From the sequence record OR621298: a DNA stretch of 64,000 nt; one strand, 5' to 3'. A program made the position numbers and the translations under genes. Positions within the stretch are counted from its first letter, which is position 1; every line of letters starts with the position of its first letter. The notes under the pieces were generated by a model, which saw nothing but the letters and a program-made list of their open reading frames with translations, was not told the DNA's origin and ran no database searches. The stretch is from Escherichia phage vB_EcoD-Elw. Shown here in pieces: positions 25,152 through 34,754 of this stretch.

Positions 25152-25968
25152 ATTAATTATTATTAGCGGTGCAGGTTTGAGTGTTGAAAGTGGTGTACGA
25201 GCTTTTCGTACTGATACTGCTAGTGGTAAAGCACTGTGGGATGATTATGATCTAGAAGAAGTATGTAATATTCATGCCTTTCGTGGTAATTTTTATCATA
25301 AAACCCATATGTTTTACAACAAGCGTCGTGAAGAGCTAAAAACTGTTGAACCTAACCTTGCGCATCTTCGTATTGGTGAGTGGTATAAACAATACCCAGG
25401 TCAAGTAGTAAACTTGACTACCAATGTTGATGACCTTATTGAACGTGCTGGCGTTCCACATAGTGACATTCTGCACATTCACGGATATTTAAAAGAGGTT
25501 GTTGTAGCTGACAGCTACAATAGTAGTAATAAACGAATTATTGATGTTGGGTATAACTCTATTGACCCAGATGATTATAAATGGGTTAAACCTAATGTAA
25601 TCTTCTTTGGTGAGCATGCTCCAGCATATACAGAAATGTACAATGTTTTTGATGGTATTACCAGTCAAGATATGATCATTGTGGTTGGTTGCTCTAACCA
25701 AGTAATTAACTTCTACTGGGAATTATTTCCTGTTCTTAATTTGACTGCTGCCAAATTAATGGTAGTTAACTACTATGATAGTGCCCTAGCGACAGAGCCG
25801 GGCTACCAAGGTATGACTCGTAGTGAGATGTACCAGCTGGAAGAACGCGGTATCCCTTACTGGAGTAAAGGGGCTGTAGATGCCTTCAGTGACCCTGATT
25901 TTATTGCTCGTGTAGAAGCTCATCTAGAGGGTAGACCTTATATGCCGGGGAAACAAATATGTCCATAA
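25144..25968 (+). CDS. Sir2-family (sirtuin-like) NAD-dependent protein without the Zn-ribbon
   Basis: 274 aa; GAGLSVESGVRAFR, TTNVDDLIERAG, IHGYL and PNVIFFGE match sirtuin Rossmann motifs; no CxxC...CxxC zinc module. Confidence 0.7.
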   Translation: MRRLIIISGAGLSVESGVRAFRTDTASGKALWDDYDLEEVCNIHAFRGNFYHKTHMFYNKRREELKTVEPNLAHLRIGEWYKQYPGQVVNLTTNVDDLIERAGVPHSDILHIHGYLKEVVVADSYNSSNKRIIDVGYNSIDPDDYKWVKPNVIFFGEHAPAYTEMYNVFDGITSQDMIIVVGCSNQVINFYWELFPVLNLTAAKLMVVNYYDSALATEPGYQGMTRSEMYQLEERGIPYWSKGAVDAFSDPDFIARVEAHLEGRPYMPGKQICP

Positions 25969-26141
25969 TTAAATCTGTGTATACACACCCTGATGATATA
26001 TTTGTATGGGCGGACGGTAGTTGGTGTTATCGCTGTGAGTTGTGGGAAATGGACTATAAATCCGATGACTATGGTGTTATATATGTGGATACGGTTGAGT
26101 ATGATACGTTCTTAGAAAGGAACAAAAATGGAAATAAGTAA
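25959..26141 (+). CDS. hypothetical protein (60 aa)
   Basis: ORF overlapping neighbours by a few codons; weak RBS. Confidence 0.4.
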   Translation: MSIIKSVYTHPDDIFVWADGSWCYRCELWEMDYKSDDYGVIYVDTVEYDTFLERNKNGNK

Positions 26142-26634
26142 TACTCCAATTATTTTTCTAGACATTGATGGGGTGCTCAATTCGAGCATCTCCCACCATC
26201 ATGCACCTGATGATGAAAAGATTTTCTTTGGAAGTGACTGGGTTTTCAAACCACTTCTCAAGGCTTTTCAGGACTTTATTCGTCCTTCTCCGATAATGAT
26301 TGTTGGAGTATCCTCATGGTTCTCTGTCAGGAATGAGATGGAGAACGTTCAGATTATGACCGGATTAGGTCTTATCGATCGTTTTCTTGGTACAACGGAT
26401 TTTACCGGGGGTGGATTATCTAGGGGTAATTCTGTTCTTCGCTTCGTTGAAAAGCATAAGCTCAAACATTGGTGTGTGCTGGATGATGCCGGTGCTATGA
26501 TGTATCAGTATCCAACGGTTATAGTCAATGGTAGAACAGGAATAAATCTTCAGGATTTAAAAGCTGTTAGCTATATGCTAGAATTTAGCCCAGATCTTGA
26601 AATGTGTAAATCCTTACAACAATTTAAGGTGTAA
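26128..26634 (+). CDS. HAD-superfamily phosphatase-like protein
   Basis: 168 aa; N-terminal motif I IIFLDIDGVLN (DxDGV); GAAAGGAAC RBS. Confidence 0.6.
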   Translation: MEISNTPIIFLDIDGVLNSSISHHHAPDDEKIFFGSDWVFKPLLKAFQDFIRPSPIMIVGVSSWFSVRNEMENVQIMTGLGLIDRFLGTTDFTGGGLSRGNSVLRFVEKHKLKHWCVLDDAGAMMYQYPTVIVNGRTGINLQDLKAVSYMLEFSPDLEMCKSLQQFKV

Positions 26635-26636
26635 AT

Positions 26637-27065
26637 ATGTTCAATAATGTATTCTCTAAAGAAGCTAACCCAATTTTGGTTAACTTTTGGCGTACTCTCC
26701 CGGCTAGCCTGTATAATGAGGCTATTAACTCCTTGAAAATATGGTGTGAGAATAACGAAATCTCCTTTGCTTTTAAAGATGATATTGATGAGGCCCCCTG
26801 TATTGGTCTAGTTGTGCAGGTAGAGGAGGGTCTTGAAGAGATTGTGGGCTGGAAAGAGTTAGACGAAATGGGCTTAGTTTTTGCGTTAAATTATAAGCTG
26901 TTTATGCCTGCTAAGCATCGCCTAGTTGTTAACTATAAAACTAGTGAATCTCCTGGTTTTCAGGTTAATGAACGTTATGGTTGGTCTTACTCACCGGAAG
27001 AAGTAAATGATGGTATCCAAAAACTTCGTCGTTTTGGTTATCAAATTCCGGGTTTAACCGCCTAA
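26637..27065 (+). CDS. hypothetical protein, paralogue A of a tandem pair
   Basis: Shares blocks with the next gene (EAPCIGLVVQ vs DDPCIGVFLS; MGLVFALNYKLF vs MGLIVALNFSIF; YQIPGL vs YVPGL). Confidence 0.6.
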   Translation: MFNNVFSKEANPILVNFWRTLPASLYNEAINSLKIWCENNEISFAFKDDIDEAPCIGLVVQVEEGLEEIVGWKELDEMGLVFALNYKLFMPAKHRLVVNYKTSESPGFQVNERYGWSYSPEEVNDGIQKLRRFGYQIPGLTA

Positions 27066-27074
27066 GGGGGCATA

Positions 27075-27467
27075 ATGGAACAAGTATATTGGCGTCAGAT
27101 TGATCCTAGTTTGGTGAAGCGTGCGGAGAAGCTGCTACAACGTTGGTTGGTGGTAAGACAAGTCTCCTTCACTTTTCCGGAGCAGCAAACGGATGATCCA
27201 TGCATTGGCGTTTTCCTGTCTGGATATGCCGGGGAATGGGAATTGGATTGGAATGAATTGTCTGCTATGGGCTTGATTGTTGCCCTAAACTTCTCTATAT
27301 TCCATCCACGTGGTTTGGCCATATGTCGTGTGCCTGATGACGGTTGTTCGCCCCATCTTTTACAGGTGGAAGATGATATTTGGGAGTACACTCCAGATAT
27401 TCTCGCAGAAGCTAAAGAACAATTAAATCGTGTTGGGATTTATGTTCCGGGCTTAAATGATGGATGA
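27075..27467 (+). CDS. hypothetical protein, paralogue B of a tandem pair
   Basis: Paralogue of 26637-27065; AAGGGGG RBS. Confidence 0.6.
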   Translation: MEQVYWRQIDPSLVKRAEKLLQRWLVVRQVSFTFPEQQTDDPCIGVFLSGYAGEWELDWNELSAMGLIVALNFSIFHPRGLAICRVPDDGCSPHLLQVEDDIWEYTPDILAEAKEQLNRVGIYVPGLNDG

Positions 27468-27491
27468 TTTTTATTAGCTAAACTCTGATTA

Positions 27492-27515
27492 CCGAGTCAT
27501 TTTGGCTCGGTTTTA
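27492..27515 (+). terminator. rho-independent terminator
   Basis: Stem CCGAG/CTCGG with 9-nt loop followed by TTTT. Confidence 0.55.
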
Positions 27516-27558
27516 TCCGTACTTAAGACCAATGATAGCACCATCCGGAAAATTTTAC

Positions 27559-27587
27559 TTGCATGATGCCCAAAATCTTGATATAAT
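27559..27587 (+). promoter_or_regulatory. sigma70-type promoter (TTGCAT-17-TATAAT)
   Basis: Consensus spacing; start site about 490 nt upstream of the next CDS. Confidence 0.55.
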
Positions 27588-28084
27588 ATTTATATTGAAT
27601 TGAGAGACATTAGTAAAAATTGATTTTGCTAATTTTTCTTGTTTACAATCCGCGATACGGAACAGTTAGGCTGCCCCATTAAGGGTTGTTTTAACTATTA
27701 CTAGTGTTTATATTGCATTAGTTAATCTTCAATTAAGTGATCTGTGTACCCTGAATTCGGAAAGGTAAATCCAAACCGTGCATATTTAGCTCGTTATATA
27801 GGCAGAGTTTTATATGGGGGTGCGAACGAAAAGAGCAGCGAATGGCGGCACGTACAGTAGTCACCTACCAATAGGATAGTGAGGACAAATAGAATCGGCT
27901 TAGCGGCCAATGACCTAGGTTCTATTCTGTATATGAGCGAAGAGAGCACAGCACTGAGATATGATAACTTATTCATATTGCTTGATGATAATTAATGTTT
28001 ACGTAAATAGTAGTAATAGTTGTTCTATTCTTTCTGAATAGTCCTAAAGAAAAGATTTCGATTAACCAACACAGGAGTATTGTT

Positions 28085-30874
28085 GTGTTTTCTATTCTCC
28101 AAGGTCACGCCGGATTTTCTCGTGATTTAGCAACAGGTATTTGGCGAGAAATCAAAGCGGAAGATTATACCTTTGCCAAGCGATTCTCGAAAAAGCATCC
28201 AGAAGGTAAACCAGCTTCTATGCCCTTCAAATTTGATGTAATAGAAGAGCATGACCCGCAAAGCCTTGCCGAAATGTTACCACTTATGAGACGTTTAACG
28301 TCTGACCCTCATATCGTTGCGGTACGAGGTCGATGTCTTGCACCTAAAAATAACGTGCGACGTAAGAAAGGTAACTTTAATGTATCTAATCCTAGTAATA
28401 TTATTGCTATGGACGTGGATGGTATCCTAGATACCGGTGGGTATGACAAGTTTAACCTTGTTGGTATGGCCCGCCACATTATTAAGATGTTGAATAGTAT
28501 TAGTGAGGACATGTTCCCTCTTGATGCAGGCTTTATAGCTCATGCATCGTCTTCGGCTGGGCTTAAACCAGGTATCCGAATGCACTTAATGCTAGAATCT
28601 AACGTCAAGGTAACTCAGGGTCAGTTAAAGTTCTTATTTACATCTATCAACGATAGTAGTAAGCAAAAATTTGGTTTTGATATTGCCGACTTAGCTTATT
28701 ATTCATCTGTCCAGCTCCACTATTTTGCCGACCCCTTATTTAGTGATGGTATTGTTGATCCGTTTAAAGCGGAGAGTAAGCCACGTCTGGTGTATGTTAA
28801 AGGTTCGAAAGTAAATTTGCCCAATAATCTGGTTGACTATGAAACAACTAGAGGGGAGTTTAAGGAAGAGTTTTATTCTTTACTTGATCAAATTAAAGGC
28901 AAAAAGATCGCGTCTGATAAAGTAGAAGAAACCATCAGCGAATTGGAAGAAGCTGAGGATGGGGTGTACCTGCGTATTATCCCCAAACTATACCATAGAG
29001 CATTAGAGGATGGTGTTGATTTTGCATGGCTAGAACGTGAGATTAAACCCGCTTTATCTGAATATATTGCAACTAAAGATAACAGTCGTAATATTCAAGA
29101 TTACTTTAATAACGGTCGTAAGCAGGCTCTCAAAGCGTTTGTTAATAATTCTAAACGTGAGATTCCATTAAATCTGAAAGGTGTTCCGCTCAAGAAGTTA
29201 GAAGTGGATTCTCCACCAGAAGTTCCGTACCTGAAGATTAACATTGTGCCTCCAAAAGGCCATATAACATTTGTTAAGGCAAGTCTTGGTACTGGTAAAA
29301 CTACGGCAGTAACTAAATGGCTGGACGCAGGTGTTCTTCCTGGCAACTTTTTAGCAGTTACAAATACTAGAGCACTGGTATCTTCAAACGCTAAGAAATT
29401 TAGCGCAGGACAATATGATAAGTCTGTAGATATGCTCAACTTTAAACGTGGAGCTATTGATCGTATGTCCACAACTATTCACTCTTTGCATAAGTTCAAA
29501 AGTTTTATTGGTCAAATAGATACCATTTTTATTGATGAATGTGATGCTGTAATGAATGATCTATTATTCGCACCTGTTGTTAAGCAACGTCGCGAATGTA
29601 TTCAAGTTCTACGTGACATCCTCATGACAGCTAAAACTGTAATTCTATCAGATGGTGATATTAGTGCCGAAACTATTGAAGCATATGGTTCTCTAATTGA
29701 TTTTGATAAACCAGTAGCATTTTATAATCATCACCGTAAGATGCTGTCAAAAGCTCATGCTTATGAGTTCCCGGATGAGTCCAGTATTTGGGTTGCACTT
29801 CAGACTTCTCTAGAGATGGGTGAGAAATCTATCCTAGTATCTGATTGTGGGCCGGATGAACTGAATGAGAAGGGCATGGCGTTGCGTCGTAATACGGGTG
29901 CATTAGTTAAGGAAATCCACTCAAACTCTACGTCTGATGTAGATATTAGACGTATTCTGGATTACACAACTAATGAGCTAATTGACCAACAAATTGATTG
30001 CTTATTATGTAGTCCATCTGTAACGAGTGGTGTTGACTTTAACTATTTTGATAACGTATTCGTTATCACTAGAACTAGCAACCAAGCGCCAAACATGCGT
30101 TTCCAAGCAATCAGGCGCGACCGTGGTGCTCAGAATATCTATTATTTTATTGATAAATCCACTAGTGGGTTCTCCGCAGGTTCTGAACAATATAATATTG
30201 ATGAAGGTTGGCTGGAGTTAGCACAGCAATTATACGCACGTCGCAGAGAACTAGAATCTAGGAACTATACTAGTACTTTACGTTATTACTTGCTTGATCA
30301 GGGTGCAACTATTGATATTTTCAGCGAAAGCTGGGGAACTATTGAAGGTGCTGGTAAAGAATACACAGAAGAGCGAATCAAAGCTATCCTACATTCAACT
30401 CCGGATTACTGTGCACCACGTCATGCGGATGCGTATGAGGCTAAACTACTTCTTGTTCGCTATTATCATCTTGAGTCTATTAAAGATGTAACAGTTGAGC
30501 ATGTTGAACAATATATCAAAGATAAACCGAATGATCGAGCTGCATTCTTCCATAAGATGCACGAGATGTTCTGGGAAGATATTAAGAAGTGTTCAAATGT
30601 GACCATTAAACCATTCATAGAGGCTCTGAAAGGTAAGAAGAAAGACTTCTTCCTTAAAACAGGTCAGAGTGCTAACCCAAAATATGCTAGAATGTATCTT
30701 GGTATGATGGGTATTGGTAAGGATATGAACACTGAAAATATTGTAGACTGGTACAGAACCTATTGTAAAATCGAGTGTATGCCAATCCCATATAAGTTTA
30801 TGACTGATGAGGAGAAACATATGCATGATGAAGCAATGGCAGAGCTAGGTGCTAGAAATGACAGTGAAGAATAA
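28085..30874 (+). CDS. large P-loop NTPase, putative replication initiation / primase-helicase-like protein (929 aa)
   Basis: GTG start with AGGAG RBS; Walker A KASLGTGKTT and Walker B IFIDECDAV in the central region; N-terminal 300 aa with acidic motifs (IIAMDVDG, FDIADL) loosely resembling primase/polymerase-type domains. Confidence 0.65.
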   Translation: MFSILQGHAGFSRDLATGIWREIKAEDYTFAKRFSKKHPEGKPASMPFKFDVIEEHDPQSLAEMLPLMRRLTSDPHIVAVRGRCLAPKNNVRRKKGNFNVSNPSNIIAMDVDGILDTGGYDKFNLVGMARHIIKMLNSISEDMFPLDAGFIAHASSSAGLKPGIRMHLMLESNVKVTQGQLKFLFTSINDSSKQKFGFDIADLAYYSSVQLHYFADPLFSDGIVDPFKAESKPRLVYVKGSKVNLPNNLVDYETTRGEFKEEFYSLLDQIKGKKIASDKVEETISELEEAEDGVYLRIIPKLYHRALEDGVDFAWLEREIKPALSEYIATKDNSRNIQDYFNNGRKQALKAFVNNSKREIPLNLKGVPLKKLEVDSPPEVPYLKINIVPPKGHITFVKASLGTGKTTAVTKWLDAGVLPGNFLAVTNTRALVSSNAKKFSAGQYDKSVDMLNFKRGAIDRMSTTIHSLHKFKSFIGQIDTIFIDECDAVMNDLLFAPVVKQRRECIQVLRDILMTAKTVILSDGDISAETIEAYGSLIDFDKPVAFYNHHRKMLSKAHAYEFPDESSIWVALQTSLEMGEKSILVSDCGPDELNEKGMALRRNTGALVKEIHSNSTSDVDIRRILDYTTNELIDQQIDCLLCSPSVTSGVDFNYFDNVFVITRTSNQAPNMRFQAIRRDRGAQNIYYFIDKSTSGFSAGSEQYNIDEGWLELAQQLYARRRELESRNYTSTLRYYLLDQGATIDIFSESWGTIEGAGKEYTEERIKAILHSTPDYCAPRHADAYEAKLLLVRYYHLESIKDVTVEHVEQYIKDKPNDRAAFFHKMHEMFWEDIKKCSNVTIKPFIEALKGKKKDFFLKTGQSANPKYARMYLGMMGIGKDMNTENIVDWYRTYCKIECMPIPYKFMTDEEKHMHDEAMAELGARNDSEE

Positions 30875-31091
30875 AAAATGGGAAACAAGGAAGTTCCCAG
30901 TAAAAGAACGTAAAGTTCCTGTTTATGATACTTCGGAAAAGCTATGTAGGGTGGTACCACGTAGATTAGCTGGTATCCCTAACATATCCGAGTGGTTACT
31001 TAAACAACGGAAAACAAACGTGTCTCTTCGCATCGGCTTTGAATTAGATAAAGTCTATGCTGAACTTGCTTCTTTGCTCAAGGAATCGTAA
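30858..31091 (+). CDS. hypothetical protein (about 77 aa)
   Basis: Start placed at ATG 30858 (AGGTG RBS); overlaps the end of the 929-aa gene. Confidence 0.45.
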   Translation: MTVKNKKWETRKFPVKERKVPVYDTSEKLCRVVPRRLAGIPNISEWLLKQRKTNVSLRIGFELDKVYAELASLLKES

Positions 31092-31099
31092 AAATTTAT

Positions 31100-31128
31100 T
31101 TGCTTTCAGGAAAAATTTTCTGTATAAT
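31100..31128 (+). promoter_or_regulatory. sigma70-type promoter (TTGCTT-17-TATAAT, extended TG)
   Basis: Consensus motif followed by a GAGAGAGGAG RBS. Confidence 0.65.
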
Positions 31129-31159
31129 AGATTCATAAATTTGAGAGAGGAGTTTAAAT

Positions 31160-31864
31160 ATGGCCGGTTCTCGCAGAAAGAAACATATCCATGAAATCCC
31201 GGATGAAGTCTTTAAAAAAGTTATAGAGCATCTGGAGAACGGTGGTACTAAGAAAGCAGCTTGTGAGATGCTCGGCGTATCATCCAATCCAACTATGGAA
31301 AGGATGATTGAAGAGTGGCAAGACCGCCAGATTCAAGTTGCCGAAATGAAGAAAAAGAAACGTGGCACACTCATTGAAGGTATTGAGTTGGCCAACGTTA
31401 TTGAACAGTATTTATCTGGTGATTCTTTTGAAGAGATTGCCGATCGTAATTATCGCTCTGTAGCAATGGTTAAATCTGTTCTGGAACGCTATGGTGCTCT
31501 GCTTCGTTTGAACGATATTGTAGACCCGTTGAATCCTCCTATTATTCCTGATGATGCTGTAGCAGAAGAATTTGAAGTTGGTGAGCTTGTTTGGGTTCCT
31601 GGATACCAGTGTATCGGTGAAATCAAAAAAGCAATGGATAATCCTGTTGGTTGCTACCGTGTATGGCTTCTATCGGAAGGCAAACAACAGAACGTTCATT
31701 ATATGAATTATGAGCTGGCTTCTGTTAAACACCTGGAAAAGTTAGGAGTTGATGTAAAATCTCTGGGGTATAAATGGACTCGGGAAGAAGTCATTACGTT
31801 GATTAACGAAGCTGTTAAGGCCGCCTTGAAACTTGATAAAGAAAAAGGAAAACGCCGTGAGTAG
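31160..31864 (+). CDS. putative helix-turn-helix DNA-binding protein (234 aa)
   Basis: N-terminal HTH-like segment GGTKKAACEMLGVSSNPTMERMIEEW; basic C-terminus. Confidence 0.6.
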   Translation: MAGSRRKKHIHEIPDEVFKKVIEHLENGGTKKAACEMLGVSSNPTMERMIEEWQDRQIQVAEMKKKKRGTLIEGIELANVIEQYLSGDSFEEIADRNYRSVAMVKSVLERYGALLRLNDIVDPLNPPIIPDDAVAEEFEVGELVWVPGYQCIGEIKKAMDNPVGCYRVWLLSEGKQQNVHYMNYELASVKHLEKLGVDVKSLGYKWTREEVITLINEAVKAALKLDKEKGKRRE

Positions 31865-32108
31865 ACTAACTGATTTACTTAAAGATGGGGAAGTAAAAAC
31901 ACTATATCGTAGAAGCTGGGGTAACGATAATAACGGCTTAGTATTACTAACTTTAGATGCTGACTCGGATGTAGCTACTCAGCATACCTGGGTAGCCGGT
32001 AACTATCCATATAGCGAGGTTGTTTCATTAACAGTATGCGAAGCTATTGCAGACGATTGGGAGGTTGCCAGCATCGAGGATATGCTCGCTGTTGGCCTGG
32101 TGGAGTAA
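31857..32108 (+). CDS. hypothetical protein (about 83 aa)
   Basis: GTG start at 31857 preceded by AAGGAAA; track start 31833 is TTG. Confidence 0.45.
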   Translation: MSRLTDLLKDGEVKTLYRRSWGNDNNGLVLLTLDADSDVATQHTWVAGNYPYSEVVSLTVCEAIADDWEVASIEDMLAVGLVE

Positions 32109-32125
32109 CTACTTAAAAATTTCAG

Positions 32126-32154
32126 TTGCTTAATCCTATAATTCTTGATATAAT
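32126..32154 (+). promoter_or_regulatory. sigma70-type promoter (TTGCTT-17-TATAAT)
   Basis: Consensus motif. Confidence 0.65.
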
Positions 32155-32211
32155 ATTCTCATAGTTTGAAAGAACTATTCTGTTTAATTCTTAATTAAGG
32201 AAATATAAAAT

Positions 32212-32622
32212 ATGACTACTCCAACTCAGTGGACTGATGAACTGTTCGAAAAAATGTCTTCCGAATACGTTGCTCGTATGGAGCAATTCCCAGAGGATGA
32301 ACGTCCTGGTGTTAGCATGGAAATTGTTAGCGAAATTGCCCAGGAAAATGGTGTAACTCCGAACGGTTTTCGTATGAAGCTAACTAAAGCAGGTTTGTAC
32401 ATCAAGAAAGCTGCTGGCTCTGCTTCTAAATCTAGTGCATCTACTGGAGAAAAAGCTTCTGGTGGTTCTCGCACTTCTAAAGCTAAAGCTCATGCCGACC
32501 TTCGTTCCGCATTCTCTGATGCTGGCCTAGCACCAGATTTTCTGGATGATGCAATTATTGACAAACTGACCGGTAAAGCGGCTGCTCATCTGGCAGAAGC
32601 AATCCGAGCTATCACTAAGTAA
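32212..32622 (+). CDS. hypothetical protein (136 aa)
   Basis: ATG 32212 with AAGGAAAT RBS. Confidence 0.6.
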   Translation: MTTPTQWTDELFEKMSSEYVARMEQFPEDERPGVSMEIVSEIAQENGVTPNGFRMKLTKAGLYIKKAAGSASKSSASTGEKASGGSRTSKAKAHADLRSAFSDAGLAPDFLDDAIIDKLTGKAAAHLAEAIRAITK

Positions 32623-32659
32623 TTTTTAGATAAATCCACCAACAAAAGGAACTATAGCT

Positions 32660-32956
32660 ATGACTAAAGCTGAAATTATTGCACAGTGCGAAAAATTTGG
32701 TGAGTTTTATCTTCATTACGAGAAACTTCGTCAGAAAGGAACCACGTACCTTCAGGGTACGATGGAATTTGATCCAGCCCAAGATAAATATCTGGCTGAG
32801 CGTATTAAACGTGAACGTATTCGTAAAGCGAAAGATGATGAAATTCTTGTCTTCTCTCGTACTAATGATAGTTTCCGTTTTATTCCTGTCGAGAAAGTCC
32901 GTCGTGTGACTAGCCTCCAATCAGAGTTAGATCGTGCTTCTCCAGTAGGCCGATAA
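32660..32956 (+). CDS. hypothetical protein (98 aa)
   Basis: ATG 32660 with AAAGGAAC RBS; followed by a terminator. Confidence 0.6.
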   Translation: MTKAEIIAQCEKFGEFYLHYEKLRQKGTTYLQGTMEFDPAQDKYLAERIKRERIRKAKDDEILVFSRTNDSFRFIPVEKVRRVTSLQSELDRASPVGR

Positions 32957-32966
32957 GAAACCAATT

Positions 32967-32988
32967 AGCCCCTATATGGGGCTTTTTG
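32967..32988 (+). terminator. rho-independent terminator
   Basis: Stem AGCCCC/GGGGCT with TATAT loop followed by TTTTT. Confidence 0.65.
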
Positions 32989-33006
32989 TGTATTTGGGAT
33001 ATGTAA

Positions 33007-33315
33007 ATGAGCGAACAGGTAAATCAAAACTATGAAGGACACGTTGATGACCAGTCCATCATACTTTGGGAGAAGGAGGGGGAACAAGTAAGATTAACAG
33101 TATCTGAATTTCGTGGGAATCTATACATGGGTATTCGTTACTGGCTTCTTGATATTAATGATGAATGGTTTCCAACGAAATCTGGCTTCTCTTTTCCTTA
33201 CACCCTAGAAACAACATCACAGCTTTTCTATGCGTTTACACAGATTCTTAGCGAATCTGAGGTTTTACATGAAGTACAGAAACGAGCTGAAGAACTCAAA
33301 GCCAAGAATGCCTAG
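33007..33315 (+). CDS. hypothetical protein (102 aa), possible ssDNA-binding fold
   Basis: ATG 33007; weak resemblance to PC4/p15-like proteins (EFRGNLYMGIRYWLLD...WFPTKSGFSFP); assignment tentative. Confidence 0.55.
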   Translation: MSEQVNQNYEGHVDDQSIILWEKEGEQVRLTVSEFRGNLYMGIRYWLLDINDEWFPTKSGFSFPYTLETTSQLFYAFTQILSESEVLHEVQKRAEELKAKNA

Positions 33316-33342
33316 TTCTTGGCTTTTTCTTTATAAATGTAT

Positions 33343-33371
33343 TTGCTTTCAACTCAGTTTTGTTATATAAT
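33343..33371 (+). promoter_or_regulatory. sigma70-type promoter (TTGCTT-17-TATAAT)
   Basis: Consensus motif; a hairpin plus U-run at 33301-33334 precedes it. Confidence 0.65.
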
Positions 33372-33400
33372 ATTTATATAAATTGATAAGAGGATCAATT

Positions 33401-33589
33401 ATGAAAGTAACACTTCCAAAAATTCAAGCAAAGTTAAATCTAGTATCGAATGCTAGAAATAACTATCTAGATAACTTTGGTGGAATCAACGATAAAGCGT
33501 ACAAAGATGCGTGGTTGAAAGAAGCACAAGAGTTAGCCGATCTCATTGCTCAGTATAATAAAGAACTACAGGTAGAAATGAATGACTAA
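33401..33589 (+). CDS. hypothetical protein (62 aa)
   Basis: ATG 33401 with AGAGGA RBS. Confidence 0.5.
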   Translation: MKVTLPKIQAKLNLVSNARNNYLDNFGGINDKAYKDAWLKEAQELADLIAQYNKELQVEMND

Positions 33590-34553
33590 TGTAAAAGACT
33601 TTATTAAACGTTGCCAAGAAGCATATTATCAAGGTATGTCTTTAATCTCTGATGAGGAGTATGATTGCCTGGTAAAACGCTTCCCACTAGAAGAAGAGAT
33701 CGGGCCTAAGGGCGATATTCCACATCTGTATCGTATGTATTCTTTACAGAAAGTTTATTATAATCGTGGAGATAAACCCCCATTTAACCCATTAGGTCAG
33801 GTAGAAACTGACAAGTTAGATGGTTGTGCGATTTCTCTACTATATATTAATGGCGAATTTGTTCAAGCACTAACTCGTGGTAATGGTATTCTAGGGAATG
33901 ATGTCACAAGCAACGTAAGATTGCTGAACATTCCTAAAAAGATTTCCCAAAAAGTACCTACTCAAATCACTGGTGAAGTTCTAATTACAAAAGAAGTAGA
34001 AAATAAACGTAACTTTGCCTCTGGTGCTATTAACCTAAAAGATAGTGATGCTTTCGTACAACGTATCGGGGAAGGTGGTTTAATCTTCGTTGCATACGGT
34101 ATCCAGTGTTCTGCTGAATCTGTAGGTATTACAGAATCATATTTAAAAGATATGCTTTGGCTAGAGAATGAAGACTTCTTAACAGTTGTTAATGTGCGTT
34201 CCTTCTTTAGATGGATTCCGACGGACGGTAAAGTTGTTCGTATTAATGACAACAACAAATTCTTCCGAGAAGGCTGGACTAATAAATTCCCTCGCGGGGC
34301 GTTCGCTATTAAAGAGGATGAAGAAGGAGAGATTACAACTCTTACTAAAGTTGAATGGCAGGTAGGGGCTTCTGGTAAAGTAACTCCAGTTGGTTATTTC
34401 GAACCGGTAATTATTGATGATGCTACAATTGTTAAAGCGACTCTTAATAACGTTGATTATATTAACTCTCTCGATCTAGAGATCGGTTGCCAGATTCGAG
34501 TGATTCGTGCTGGTGGTGTAATCCCGTGCATAGTAGAGCGAGTATACTATTAA
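33582..34553 (+). CDS. NAD-dependent DNA ligase, N-terminal (adenylation) subunit
   Basis: 323 aa; KxDG adenylation motif in KLDGCAISLLYINGEFVQALTRGNG and an OB-fold-like C-terminal part; separate ORF from the Zn-finger/HhH/BRCT part. Confidence 0.8.
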   Translation: MTNVKDFIKRCQEAYYQGMSLISDEEYDCLVKRFPLEEEIGPKGDIPHLYRMYSLQKVYYNRGDKPPFNPLGQVETDKLDGCAISLLYINGEFVQALTRGNGILGNDVTSNVRLLNIPKKISQKVPTQITGEVLITKEVENKRNFASGAINLKDSDAFVQRIGEGGLIFVAYGIQCSAESVGITESYLKDMLWLENEDFLTVVNVRSFFRWIPTDGKVVRINDNNKFFREGWTNKFPRGAFAIKEDEEGEITTLTKVEWQVGASGKVTPVGYFEPVIIDDATIVKATLNNVDYINSLDLEIGCQIRVIRAGGVIPCIVERVYY

Positions 34554-34754
34554 TACATAACCCTTTGCTACCCATCTACCATATAGGAATTATAAAGTGG
34601 TTATTGACATTTTCGCCGCTTAGGTATATACTATTATCATTCAGTTGAGGGATAGAAAGTTATGGCGAGGGTAAGCAAAGTTAGTTAAAATTGTAGTTGC
34701 TAAATGCTTAAATACTTGCTATAATATTTATATAAATTGATAAGGAAGAAATTT

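Noticed and set aside
27794-27976. Minus-strand hydrophobic 60-aa ORF in the long leader
   Set aside because: No promoter or RBS on the minus strand in an otherwise plus-strand block; mentioned in findings only as an unverified possibility.
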